From Octopus bimaculoides (lineage: Eukaryota), in contig NC_068981.1 in NCBI RefSeq assembly GCF_001194135.2, positions 17,621,423 to 17,685,422 of the forward strand: a stretch of DNA of 64,000 nucleotides, written 5' to 3'. The position numbers were made by a program, and so were the translations under genes. The stretch's first letter is position 1; the number at the start of each line of letters is the position of its first letter. Shown in pieces: positions 51,035-63,955 of this stretch. Under the pieces are notes generated by a model. The model saw only the letters and a list, made by a program, of their open reading frames with translations. It had not been told where the DNA came from and searched no databases.

Positions 51035-51960
51035 ACCATTGTAGTCTTCTCTCTTGCATGCTACATCTGATTCACCTTATGCCAAATTTTTCTCTCAACA
51101 CATTTACACTTTATTGCACATTCATAGGAGCACACTAGCTCCATTCCTCTCCAGTCTTCACATGTCCTCAGCATTCAGGACCCACATCTCACTTCCATGG
51201 AGCATGGCTGCTCATACACAAGCATCATACAATCTGCCATTCACTCTGAGAGAGGCTTTTCATTGCCAACAGAGGTAATAGCTCTCCAAACTTTCTGTAT
51301 CCTATTTTTATTCTAGCAACTATACTTTAGGAACATCCTCTTCCACTGCTAATTTGGCCACCTTGGTAGCAAAAATCAATTACAACCTCTAGAGAGCTTC
51401 CTGAGCATTTGAGAAAATCTAATTTATTATTTCTTTATAGTCCACAAGGGGCTAAACACAGAGGGGACAAACAAGGACAAAGAAAGGGATTAAGTCGATT
51501 ACATCAACCCCAGTGCGTAACTGGTACTTATTTAATTGACCCCGAAAGGATGAAAGGCAAAGTCGACCTTGGTGGAATTTGAACTCAGAACGTAAAGACA
51601 GACAAAATATTGCTAAGCATTTCACCCGGCGTGCTAATGTTTCTGGCAGCTCGTCACCTGATCCAATTTCTGTGTCTTATTCACTTTCTTGCTAACTACA
51701 GCTTTGGTCTTAACTTGAAGGCCCTTAGATTCCTCCATACCTGAAATTTCTTTTCCAGTTCAGCTACTGATTCTGCTACAAGATTAATTTCATCAGTATA
51801 TATAGTTGTTACCATGGTCAACCTGTTAGTTATAACTTGGGGGGGGGGGCTATGATGAATAAGAGGGGACTGAGAAACAAGCCCTGGTGAATTTCTACTT
51901 GTACACTAAATTCACCATTGTACTTATGGCAATAGCATATATAAAGATCTTCAGAACAGT
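51035..51960 (-). mobile_element. RTE-clade LINE fragments (RT motif region and C-terminus), split by a SINE at about 51425-51657
   Basis: EIHQGLFLSPLLFI...IYTDEINLVAESVAELEKKFQVW (degenerate QG..LSPLLF / YADD), plus a second copy of the C-terminal region seen at 46080-46565. Confidence 0.7.
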
Positions 51961-52532
51961 CTTTGAAAGTGATTAAAAAATATCTGTGAAGTACATTCCT
52001 GTAGCCCAATAGGCGTAGGAGTGGCTGTGTGGTAAGTAGCTTGCTTACAAANNNNNNNNNNNNNNNNNNNNNNNNNNNNNNNNNNNNNNNNNNNNNNNNN
52101 NNNNNNNNNNNNNNNNNNNNNNNNNNNNNNNNNNNNNNNNNNNNNNNNNNNNNNNNNNNNNNNNNNNNNNNNNNNNNNNNNNNNNNNNNNNNNNNNNNNN
52201 NNNNNNNNNNNNNNNNNNNNNNNNNNNNNNNNNNNNNNNNNNNNNNNNNNNNNNNNNNNNNNNNNNNNNNNNNNNNNNNNNNNNNNNNNNNNNNNNNNNN
52301 NNNNNNNNNNNNNNNNNNNNNNNNNNNNNNNNNNNNNNNNNNNNNNNNNNNNNNNNNNNNNNNNNNNNNNNNNNNNNNNNNNNNNNNNNNNNNNNNNNNN
52401 NNNNNNNNNNNNNNNNNNNNNNNNNNNNNNNNNNNNNNNNNNNNNNNNNNNNNNNNNNNNNNNNNNNNNNNNNNNNNNNNNNNNNNNNNNNNNNNNNNNN
52501 NNNNNNNNNNNNNNNNNNNNNNNNNNNNNNNN

Positions 52533-53412
52533 GGAAAGTAACTAGGTATTATAAATTGCTTATAGAATTTTTAGTATCATTGAAGTTATGACGAAAACAT
52601 TTTTTAAACAGGCAACACTAATGGAGATTTTTTATTTTCTTATTTCCCAGATGGCTGATCGCTTGACTGTTCAGGAGCGAGCTAAGATAGCAGCATGCTA
52701 TGAAGTGTGGAATTCCATTGTTTTGGTTCGGAGATGGTGGCGTGCATGGAAAGGTAAGCATACAACACTCTATCTGGAGACAATAAAAAGTTGTCATGCA
52801 AAGCTGATGACCATGGGCTCTGTGAACGATGCAAGAAGTGGCCGCCCAGAGACATCCCAATCAGTGGGGAATGTGGCAACAGTGCAGGAGATGTTTGATT
52901 GCAGCCCATAAAAATCAACACACCAAGCAGCTGATGAAAGTGGACTAACAAGACACACAATACATATGGTGTTGCATAAAGAATTGAATTTTCGTCTGTG
53001 GAAACCCCATTATGTGCTGGACCTAAAACCTGAAGACTGTGGCCGCAGAATGGAATATGGAGAGTTAATGCTAGGTGGGTACAAAGATTGGCCTGAATTG
53101 TTTGTAAACATCTTCTGGAGTGACAAGGCTGGGATGTTATAATACCGATCACACACTGGAGGACTTGGAGACATGGATTCAGGAGATTCTCAATGATATC
53201 CCAGATGATATCTTTCAGAAGGTTGTTCATTCCATCCTTGGCAGTTTGAGGAAACTGTTTGACACTACCAGTGCTTACGTTGAAATATGAAGATTTACTT
53301 ATATTTTTCCATGTAATGAAGAACATGTATCATTTGTTTCAATAAATTTGTAAAAAGAATATGGATTTTATTACCAGTTTTTAATGCCTACTTACTTTAC
53401 ACCTACCCTGTA
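52533..53412 (+). mobile_element. Internally deleted Tc1/mariner element (DUF4817-like HTH N-terminus)
   Basis: MADRLTVQERAKIAACYEVWNS...SGRP...WKPHY...FWSDK is joined directly to the C-terminal LEDLETWIQE...AYVEI, so the catalytic core is deleted. The 3' end is ...CCTACCCTG-TA; the 5' end lies in a gap. Confidence 0.8.
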
Positions 53413-53414
53413 TA

Positions 53415-53448
<34 letters not shown>

Positions 53449-55099
53449 CAGGTGCAGGCATGGCCGTGGTAAGAAGTTTGTTTCCCAACCACATGGATCN
53501 NNNNNNNNNAGGTGCAGGCATGGCCGTGGTAAGAAGTTTGTTTCCCAACCACATGGATCCAGGTTCAGTCCCACTGCATGGCACCTTGTGCAAGTGTCTT
53601 CTACTATAACCTCAGGCTGACCAAAGTCTTGAGAGTGGATTTGGTAGATAGAAACTGAAAGAACCCTGTCATATATACGTGTGTGTGTGTGTGTGTGTTT
53701 GTCCCCCTCCGCCACTTAGCAACTGGTGTTTGTGTGTTTATGTCCCCGTAACTTAGCAGTTCAGTGAAAAAGGCCAAATGAATAAGTACCAGGCTTTAAA
53801 ATAAAGTCCTAGGGTCAATTCTTTTTACTAGAATCCTTCAAGGCAGTTCTCTAGCATGGTCCACAGCCTAAAAACTGAAATAAGTAAAAACAACATAAAA
53901 GATATATTCTTAAGAAAAAAATTGGATTTGAAACATTGGTACTTCTAGAAAAACCATAAAAAGAAATGAAAAAATAATCACTCTTCACTCCATGTACTGA
54001 TTGTATTAGTCTGATTAATCTTCAGATTAGGCTAAAATCTCACCTTAATCTCATGTATGTATACATGCATGAACTAGCAAAAATGTCTCCACATATCTTG
54101 ATTGATAGACATAGTGCCTAACTGCCCTCGTATTAGTTTATATAAGGATGAGCCCATGAAAGATGCATCTACATTGCAGCTACACCTGATAGAAATAGCA
54201 GCCAATTCTCACTTAAATTGCAGCCTACCGTCTCATCTAATGGGGAAGAGGAAACCGCCCAGTGGTATCTCAAAATGCTAGAAATAGCAGCCAAATTTTC
54301 CTCAAACAACATTATTATCATTTGTGTTTACATGCATGCATGAAGAACCAATAATTGAGACAGTTATGTGTTAGCGAGACATGCCACATATATTCCACCT
54401 CAAACTACATTCTTTTGTCCCCAGTTACTTAGACACAATATCTGGGCAACACCAATACTTCTGCTTGTGTGTATGTGTGTGTGTATGTGCATGTGATCAT
54501 CATTTAATGTTCAGTAACCATGCTTGTGTGGTTTGGCAGGAGCGGAGCTGGCAAACCAGAAAGCTACACCAGGCTCCACTGTGTGAGTGTGTATGTGTGA
54601 GAGAGAGAGAGACACACACACACACACCATCAGCACACCTGAAAGTAAAGAGGTAATATTTACAGATGTTCTCAGTAGTTCAGGCCACAAGCTTACATAA
54701 TTTGTCTTCTGAAGGATTTTAGAAAATTTCTCCAGTTGGTCGGACAAGGCCGAGGCTTCTGAGGTATAAAAGGCATGAGAGTAGTCTGACCTAAGATAAA
54801 ATGTCAGTTGTAGAAAGTTGACATTACTGTCTGATTATTGACAAAGAAAGTGTTCAGCACCCATGAATGTTGTTGTATGGCAGTGGTTTAGGGGAATGTG
54901 CGTTACATCTGGTTTCATCATCATCGTTTAACGTCCGCTTTCCATGCTAGCATGGGTTGGACGATTTGACTGAGGACTGGTGCAACCGGATGGCTACACC
55001 AGGCTCCAATCTAATTTGGCAGAGTTTCTACAGCTGGACGCCCTTCCTAACGCCAACCACTCAGAGAGTGTAGTGGGTGCGATATCTTTTATCGTTACT

Positions 55100-55500
55100 G
55101 GTTTCAGCCAAAGGCTGGGACCATGCTGGAGCACCACCTTTCAATGTTTTGGGGTCTCCTTTCAACAGTTTTTCGTGAAGAAGTAATTTGGATGAAACTG
55201 CTCTTCTTTGTGCCTTCTTCCATGATGTGGGCTCATCTGAGATTTCAGATAGAAGTTTGTCCAAGTAATTCTTTGATGCTTCCCACATTTGCCCCTCACA
55301 AATCTTTGAGGTTCTTTGGCAGGATGTTTAACAGTTATGGTCCCCTGAAACCCAAGTTCTGACAGTACTAGGTCCTTATCCGAGATGAAGAACTTGGGAT
55401 CTTTGGTATTAAGCAGTGCCATCCAGTTTGGTGGATGACAAAGCTTTTAATTCCAAAGTTGGGAGCTAGACTTGCATAGCTTTCTTGCTTTCTCTCCAGT
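55100..55500 (-). mobile_element. CR1/L2-group LINE 3' ORF fragment
   Basis: LAPNFGIKSF...TGWHCLIPKIP...NLGFRGP.LLNILPKNL...LDKLLSEISDEPT, the (F/W)N.LP C-terminal signature of CR1/L2/Jockey-type elements. Confidence 0.65.
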
Positions 55501-57081
55501 CTGTAAAAGATGTTGGTAAATTCACAGTACAATCAGTTTCACTGTACTGGAGAGAAAATAACCAAAACAGCCAATATGAAACAATATCATTTATCATCAT
55601 CATTTCAACATCCACTTTTCTATGCTTGCATGGGTTGGACAGAAATTGTTGAAGCAGATTTTCTACAGCCAGATGCCCTTACTGTTACCAACTTTCATAT
55701 TTCCCAGCAAGGTAATATTTCCATGGACAGATGTTTTCACAAATGACTAGAAATGAAGGACATTGTTTGAATGAATTAGAAGCTTGTTTAGAACTATCAT
55801 GTGATGTGAAGACAAGGACAGACACACACACATAGGTCTCCATTAGTTTCCGTCTACCAAACTCACAAGGCTTTGATTGGCATTGTACAGTGGAAACCTC
55901 TTACCCAAAATATCACCCAGTAGGACTGAATGCAAAAACAAACTTCTTAACCAAAAAGCCATTTTTGCACCTAGTATGTACATCTTTGTGATATGGGAAG
56001 TCATCATCATTTAACGTCCGCTTTCTATGCTAGCATGGGTCGGACGATTTAACTGAGGACTGGTGAACCGGATGGCTGCCCCAGGCTCCAATCTGATCTG
56101 GCAGAGTTTCTGCAGCTGGATGCCCTTCCTAACGCCAGTGTTGAATAGAATATTGTATGAGATGGTTACAAAAGATAACCATGGTAGAAGCAGGCTGAAA
56201 AAGACATCATCATTGTCTTCATTTAACGTCTGATTTCCATATTGGCATGGGTTGGCTAGTTTGACGGGAGCTGCACTAGGCTCCAATTGTCTGCTTTGGT
56301 ACAGTTTCTGACTGGATGTCCTTTCTAACACCAACCATTTTACAGAATGTACTGGGTACTTTTTACATGGTACCAGCATGTGCTGGTGCCACTTACATGG
56401 AGACAATTATATTTAACCTCAGAAAGCTACGTCTTACTAAATAAATGACACAGACTAAGGCTAGATGTCCTACAGATGCCAGCATGAAAAACTACATGCA
56501 AACTTGTGTGTCTATGTTTGTGGTTGCATAAAATATCTGAAGAGTTAATATAATTATTACTAGTTTAGAAATTTTGAAAGGTGCATCTGTGTCTTGAACA
56601 CACCACTCTACTTACCTTGATCTATATTGATACCTACATCAGCATCTTAATAAACAGGTTTCATTATTGTCTTTCATGCTGATGGGTCAAGATTAAAACA
56701 AACCACGTAGCTCTAACAGGACAGCTACAAATAACTCTACTTATAATTGTGTTTGCATTTGTAAACCCATCAAACCTGTATTAAAATGAAAACCAAAAAA
56801 ACAAAAGGGCACAAACATATAAATAAAAATATAAAACCTATGCCAACAGAATATAGATGTTAAATGATTGATTGGTTGATTGATGGATGAATGGATGTAC
56901 AGGAGTAGGCATGGCTGGGTTAAGAAGTTTGTGTCAGAACCATATGGTTCAAAGTTCATACCTACTGCATGGTATTGCCAACTGGTGTGTCTTATATTAT
57001 AGCAAGCTGTGAGTTAATAGGCTCATGACAGACAAACCAATGCCTTGTGATTGAATTGGGAGACAGAAACTGTAAAAAGCC

Positions 57082-57304
57082 GGCGGCGAGCTGGCAGAAA
57101 TGTTACCCCGCCGGGCGAAATGCTTAGCAGTATTTCGTCTGCTGTTACGTTCTGAGTTCAAATTCCGCCGAGGTCGACTTTTCCCTTCATCCTTTCGGGG
57201 TCGATAAATTAAGTACCAGTTACGCACTTGGGGTCGATGTAATCGACTTAATCCCTTTGTCTGTCCCCTCTATGTTTATCCCCCTTGTGGGCAATGAAGA
57301 AATA
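57082..57304 (+). mobile_element. Family C SINE nested in an older family A SINE
   Basis: 17-bp TSD AGAAACTG(T/C)AAAAAGCC, which is itself part of the family A consensus. Confidence 0.8.
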
Positions 57305-58552
57305 AGAAACTGCAAAAAGCCCATCATTTAACTGCCATTTTCCATGCTGACATGGGTTGACTGGCTTGACAGGTGCTGACAAGACCAGGATCCAGAGTCT
57401 GTTTTTGGTTTTGGTCTACAGTTGGATGCCCTTCCTTAACACCAACCACTTTACAGAGTGCACTGGATGTCTTTTACATGCCACATCAACAGTGCCTTTT
57501 ACATGATGCCATCACCAGTGCTTTGTATGCGGCACCAGCACCGGTACTTTTTACGTGGCACCTTGGCACCATGATATATGTATATAGTCATTCCTTGTAT
57601 CAGTTTCGCATGCTACAATGAGTTGGGCGAGATGTTTGAGGGAAGGATTTTACATATAGATACTCATACTGTAGCCAACCTTTATCTGTTTTCAAATAAA
57701 GGAAATTTTGTTTCAAAAGTCTTGAAGGAACCAAGAGACTGGTAATAATATCTACCAACAAAGAATGTCAACATTATCATTGGTCAACTTGAGCAGAGAT
57801 AAGCACGGAACATCAACAACCACATAATCGCACATACACAAGTGTCTTCCGGCAGTTTCCATCTACTACTACTTTCATTCACAAGGAATTGGTCGGCCTG
57901 CAGCTATAGTAAAAAGCACTGAAGGTACTACACAATGGGACCAAACTCAGAAACATAACTGCAAAGTAAGCTTTTTAACCACATGAAATGCTTGTATCTT
58001 CTTAGTCTTGATGTTTGAGCACTGGTTAAAACCAGTCTTTGTCTATATCAATAGTGTTGCTTTTTATAACCTCCTGCAAATACATATTTGACTAGTGAAC
58101 AGTTTGTTGTTTAATATTGGGGTAACAGGAAAATGTTGACAACAGGAAGACTATCTGGTAATAGAAAAATTTGCTTCAACAAAATTTGCCTGAATCATGC
58201 AAACACAGAAAAGTGGATTTTAAAATGGTGTTGATGATGATAATGGTATATGCTCACAAATGCAGTGCCTAACTTTGTGTTTAGAAATGCAAACAAGAAT
58301 AAATAGTACTAAATATGCATGGTAGAGGTTAATTATTGTGCAAAATCAATGATGTAGACTGGAGCTTCAGGTAGTCACAAATTACATACATTTGTGTGGA
58401 TGTTCAGATTTCATCAATAAAGCTCAATGATTACACAAATGCATGAATATCCAAGTAACTACTGATTGGATCACTGATTTTACAATTAAAGACACAAATA
58501 TATATATATATATATACATATCAAAATAAGCAACAAGGATATTCAAAGTTAA

Positions 58553-58640
58553 TGCAGTACGATCGTTTCATGCGACTCCATTTATTTAAGCAATGTGAAC
58601 ATTACATTAAATGTAAAATGCAGAGCAATCCTCAGCTGCA
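58553..58640 (-). ncRNA. Hammerhead ribozyme motif, left arm of fold-back
   Basis: Reverse-complement copy of the motif at 58989-59076 with identical core and stems. Confidence 0.7.
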
Positions 58641-58988
58641 CAAAGATATAGAAATTTACTGAAATTTCATTTCAACAGAAGGACATATTGTTGTAACTAC
58701 ATTTAAACTCTCCAAGTAGAAAGGAAGAATACAAAAAACCATTTTGACTTACCCAGACCATACAGGCTAATAATTAATTCCAATGCTATCTTTTCCCTTG
58801 ATGGATGTCAAGCCTCTATTTTCTTTGAGAGCTTTTAGTTAATTCTTGGAATTAATTACTAGCCTGTATGGTCTGGCTAAGTCAAAATGGCTTTTTGTAT
58901 TCTTCCTTTCTACTTGGAAAGTTTAAATGTAGTTATAAAAATATGTCCTTCTGTTGAAATATAATTTCAGTAAATTTCTACATCTTTG

Positions 58989-59076
58989 TGCAGCTGAGGA
59001 TTGCTCTGCATATTACATTTGATGTAATGTTCACATTGCTTAAATAAATGGAGTCGCATGAAACGATCGTACTGCA
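58989..59076 (+). ncRNA. Hammerhead ribozyme motif, right arm of fold-back
   Basis: TGCAG-CTGAGGA-TTGC...GCAT-GAAA-CGATCG-TA-CTGCA: perfect 5-bp stem I, palindromic ACGATCGT stem III, GUA triplet. The first stem II pair is a U-U mismatch and loop II is long. Confidence 0.7.
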
Positions 59077-59114
59077 TTTACTTTGGATATCCTTGTTGCT
59101 TATTNNNNNNNNNN

Positions 59115-59152
<38 letters not shown>

Positions 59153-59289
59153 ATCATTGTTTTAATGGCCATTTTTCAATACTTGTCAGATGGAATTGGT
59201 TGATACAGATTTTCTACAACTGGATGTCCTTATTGTTGCCAATCATTACTTGTTTCTAAGCAACAAGGTACCATTTACCTTTGACTGGA

Positions 59290-59530
59290 CATCATTTCAT
59301 AAACCTGTTAAGGTCACTGATGATCATGCCATCTTCTTCTGACAGGGCACTGATGCTATCTTTCCCCAAACATTGTTTTCCTTTCATGGATGTGAAGCCT
59401 TTATTCTCTTTGAGAGCTTTTAGGTTTATTGTCTTCATATTTTCTGATGTCTTCTTTTATGCGATGTCTGATGAATTTATAGGTTTCAATGTACTCCGTG
59501 TTCTGAATTCTTGTCTCACTTCTCACTGAG
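59290..59530 (-). mobile_element. RTE-clade LINE fragment (endonuclease-RT linker)
   Basis: EYIETYKFIRHRIKEDIRKYED...KALKENKGFTSMKGKQCLGKDSISALSEEDG across a frameshift. Confidence 0.6.
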
Positions 59531-60096
59531 CTGAGGCAATGTCAAGATGAAGGGACACAAACACACATAAATATGCTTATATGTATATTTTTTGTTTCCT
59601 CTAGTTTCAGCTCAGAGCTGCGGCCATGCTGATGCACCGCCGTTTGCAGAATTTATGTGAGCTGCTCGAAAACACACCACCAGTGTAGTAAATGGGGGAG
59701 GCTTGGTCTGCAATATCTGCAGACATGTTTATCAAGGGCTGGATTCATTAGTCACCAGCAGAGCCACAAGAGCAAAGTATAAATTTGTCTGAGTGCACAA
59801 TGTTCTTAATGATTTTCCTTGGTCATGAGTGAACCGGCATTAAATGTGTATATGATGAGGAAAAGCATGTAATACATAGTAAAATGTATCACATTATGTG
59901 ACCACCTTTATATACCTAGACAACAGGTTTCTTTCAGTTCCCATCTACCAAAGCCACTAACAAACCTGAGGCTATAGTAGAAGACACTTGCCCTAGTTGT
60001 CACACAATGTGACTGAACCTGGAACCATGTGCTTGGGCAGTAAATTACTTAACCACATACCAATGTCTATTATATATTTATACACACACACACATA

Positions 60097-62227
60097 CAGT
60101 AGCGGCCATAATATAAGACTCAGTAAGAACAATTGTATTGAAATAGTTATTATAGATTAGCAACACGTGGAGACTAGATATTTTACACATATTTAGATAT
60201 ATTTAATATCTATCTTTTGTGAAAATTTCAAGTGAATGGAATAAATATTTTGTAATTTATGAGGGAATAAAAACAAAAAATCTCCCAAATTGCAGCAACC
60301 AAAAGTTAAGGGTCACTTAGAAAAAATGAACTACTAACTGAGGTGTTTGTTGTTTAGAAGACTGTTAAGGGGCTAATAGTTACTTCTTATGATCTTACCA
60401 TATTGGAACATACAACTGTCAACATGGCAGCTTGTGAGAGATGACCGGTGTCCTGTGATGAAAAACAAAGGATTGTGTGCCTTCACGAAGAGGGCAAATC
60501 AAATTCTGTGATAGCAACTACTGTAGGAAGGTCCAGAAGTGTTGTGCAATGAACTGTAGCTTGTTCTAAGTCATCAAGATCAACAGACGCTAAAACCAAA
60601 ACTGGTAGACCTCATAAAACTTCACCATGACAGGATTGTATTATGGTTAGAACGTCACTGAAGGACAGGTTTAAGAGGGCTGCTGAGATATCCTGTGATA
60701 TATCACACAGAACAGTTTCTCGGAGGTTACAAGGTTCTGAGTTGCTTGCTCAGGCACCGGCAAAGAAACCTCTGGTCTCCAAGAAGAATCAAAGAGCCTC
60801 TCTTTGTTTCGCTCAGGAACATGCCATTTGGACAGAAGAACAGTGGTTGCAGATTCATTTTAGTGATAAATCAAAAGTTTAATGTGATTAGTTCCGATGG
60901 AGAGATGTGCATCTGACGAAGAAGTGGCAAAAGGTTATCTCATGCATGTGTGAAAAAGACAGTGAAATAAGGAGGAGGCAGTGTAATAGTATGGCGGTGC
61001 AATGGCCCAGTGGTTAGGGCAGCGTACTCGCGGTCGGAGGATTGCAGTTTCGATTCCCAGATCGGGCATTGTGAGTGTTTATTGAGCGAAAACACCTAAG
61101 CTCCACGAGGTTCCGGCAGGGGTGGTAGCGACCCCTGTTGTACTCTTTTGCCCCAACTTTCTCTCACTCTTTCTTCCTGTTTCTTGAGTAACGCTGCGAT
61201 GGACTGGCGTCCCATCCAGCTGGGGGGAACACATACACCATAGAAACCAGGCCCATGAGCCTGGGTAGGCTTTGAAAGGGCAAAAGAAAAAAGAAAGTGT
61301 AATGGTATGGGGAGTGATCTCTGCTGCTGGTCCTGGTCCACTTATTCCCCTACAAGGGACTGTCAATGCTGAAATTTACAGATTCTTAGACAGCATGCCT
61401 TTCCCCATCTCCCATCCTCATCAGTTCAACCTCCTATCTTTGTGCAGGACAATGCTCCCTGTCACACTGCAAAGAGAGTCAAAGATTTTTTGAGTGAAGG
61501 GGTTGATCTCATGGACTGGCCACCTCAAAATCCCGATCTCAACTCTATAGAAAACGTTTGGAAGATTATTGGAGATAGGGTACGAAGGAGAGATCCAAAG
61601 AACCAAGATGAACTATGGGAATTACTGAAAAACAAATGGAATAATATTACTCCCCATCATTTTGCAGGAAATTAATTCAGTCCTGTGGTGGTAACAGATG
61701 TCAGGAGGTCATTGATAGTAAAGGGATCTTCACAAAATATTAATAGTAAGGGTTTCTTTTCTGTTCTTGTTCCATCTTTCATTGTTTTTCTAAGGGACCC
61801 TTAACTTTTGGCTGTTGCAGTTTGGAAGATTATTTGTTTATTTCCTCATAACTCACAAAATATTTATTCCATTCACTTGAAATTTTCAGGAAAGATAGAT
61901 ATTAGATATATTTAAAAATGTGTAGAATATCTAGTCTCAACATTTTGTTATGTTAATCTTCTATAATAAATATTTCAATACACTTGTTGCCAGTACCACC
62001 GGACTGGCCCTCGTGCCGATGGCACGTAAAAGCACCCACTACACACTCTGAGTGGTAGGCGTTAGGAAGGGCATCCAGCTGTAGAAACTCTGTCAGATCA
62101 GATTGGAGCCTGGTGTAGACATCTGGTTCGCCAGTCCTCAGTCAAATCGTCCAACCCGTACTAGCATGGAAAGTGGACGTTAAATGATCATGATGTCTTA
62201 CTGACCCTTATATTATGGTCACTACTG
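60097..62227 (+). mobile_element. Full-length decayed Tc1-type DNA transposon with long (about 230 bp) TIRs
   Basis: TA-CAGTAGCGGCCATAATATAAG ... CTTATATTATGGTCACTACTG-TA. Inverted arms about 60097-60330 and 61778-62227 (the right arm is split by an insertion). Transposase remnants GRPHKTS, FSDKSKF, GGGSVMVWG, QDNAPCH, WPPQNPDLNSIEN (D-33-E, DD34E-like). Confidence 0.9.
60995..61295 (+). mobile_element. SINE with family-B head and a different 3' tail, inserted in the Tc1 transposase
   Basis: 15-bp TSD AGTGTAATAGTATGG / AGTGTAATGGTATGG. The head matches family B; the tail is GATGGACTGGCGTCCCATCCAG...A-rich. Confidence 0.85.
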
Positions 62228-63627
62228 TATATACAGGCACAAGAAAGGGTGTATGTGATTTTGAATTCAGTTCCATTGTGCAGAACTTTGATTAAATGTA
62301 TTCCACAACACCTCTGGGCCAACCAATCCCTTGGTTGAATAAACTTAACAGAAGTCCATCATCTATAGGTGTGTGTCCTTAGCTTGGCATCATGCTTTAA
62401 TTATAAACAAACATCACCATCATAGAAGCAGTGTCATTTATTTCCAATACTCCATAAAAACATTTCTGGACTGGGAAAAATATTAAGCTTTGTTGGAAAC
62501 AGGGGGAGAGTTTCAGCAACCGGAAGAGCATCCAGCTGTAGAAAACCTGCCTCAAAAACATTTTGTCTGACCCATGCAAGCAAGGTTGATGGTAAAATGA
62601 TAATAATGATGGTGATGTATAAACACAGGCAGGTATGGTTGTGCAGTAAGAAATTTACTTCCCAACAACATGGTTTCAGGTTCAGTACCACTGCATGGTA
62701 CCTTTGGCAAGTATCTTCTACTATAGCCCTGGGCTGATCAAAACCTTGTGAGTAGATTTAGTAGAGGGGAAACAGCTGTAAGCTAATGAAGTTCATAAGT
62801 TAATCATTTATTTCTTTGTCGTCTCTTTCTTATTACCACTCTATACTTGACTAAGGCTTCAAAACGAAAGTCAGACATTCAAGTGGTGTTCTTCCTTCCA
62901 ATCTTCTGCGGAAACATGACTTGTCATGGGGAAACTATTACCTTACTTGGAATCAGGTGAAGATTGGTAAAAGGAAAGAGCATCGAGCAATAGAAAATCT
63001 GTCTCAACAAGTTTCATCCAATCCATGCAAGCAATGAGGGGCAGACATCGAAAAGGTGATGATGATGTACATATCAACAGAAATAAAAGTTGTCAAAAAA
63101 ATTATATATCAACACGTTACCTTTTGCTTATGATAACAACAACAAAAAAAAAACACACACAAGAAACATGAAAATAATGAAATATAAGAAATAAAAACAA
63201 AACAATTTTTATAATAATGATAATAATAATAATAATAACTAAACAAGACAAAGGTACTATGATTTTTCAAAACTGGATCATTATATTCTAATATTTGCAC
63301 AACTTACAAAAATAACTTTCACAGGGTTGGCCTCTAGAGAAAACAAAAAACAAAAAAAAAAAAACAGCACCTGGCATAGAGAATAATAAATGGTAAACCA
63401 AAAAATGCAGGAACAGAAGAAGGGGAGGAGAAATAATAAGACTTAAAGGGGTGGATGGGATTCAAGGCTTAGTTTTCTTTTTTCGTCCCTTATTTTTTTT
63501 TTTGCGTTTTTCTGCTTTTTTGTTTTTGGGGTTAAGCAAAATGTATAGAGAAAATTAGAATGAAATAGCTGTGGAGGTACACACATGTATAAATGTACAG
63601 ATAGGGTGCATACATACATCGATATAC

Positions 63628-63660
<33 letters not shown>

Positions 63661-63955
63661 TACGCATATATATACATACAACTACATAATAGATGAGAAC
63701 ATACATGAACATGTGATGTAGTCAGTGTGCACACACATATGCTTGTGTCCCTGTGGGCACATATATATGTGTATATGTACATACACATACATATAGACAC
63801 ACACACACACACATATATATATATATGCATACATTCACATAAATATGTATACATATACACATACCTAAATAGCCAGACACATTATATATGGATGTGTATT
63901 TGTGTACATGTGTATCTATATATGTGTATATATATATATACATACATGTATATAT

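Larger units (their letters stand above)
58525..59104. mobile_element. Non-coding fold-back element (259-bp inverted arms, 62-bp spacer) in (TA)n, probably PLE pLTR-derived
   Basis: Arms 58525-58783 and 58846-59104 are reverse complements with 13 mismatches by manual alignment. Both ends adjoin TA repeats (a 10-N gap on the right). Confidence 0.85.

Noticed and set aside
59660-59800. C2H2-like peptide LVCNICRH/CLSRAGFISHQQSH
   Set aside because: It is a single frameshifted finger ending at a stop, typical of an RTE-type LINE C-terminus rather than a zinc-finger gene.
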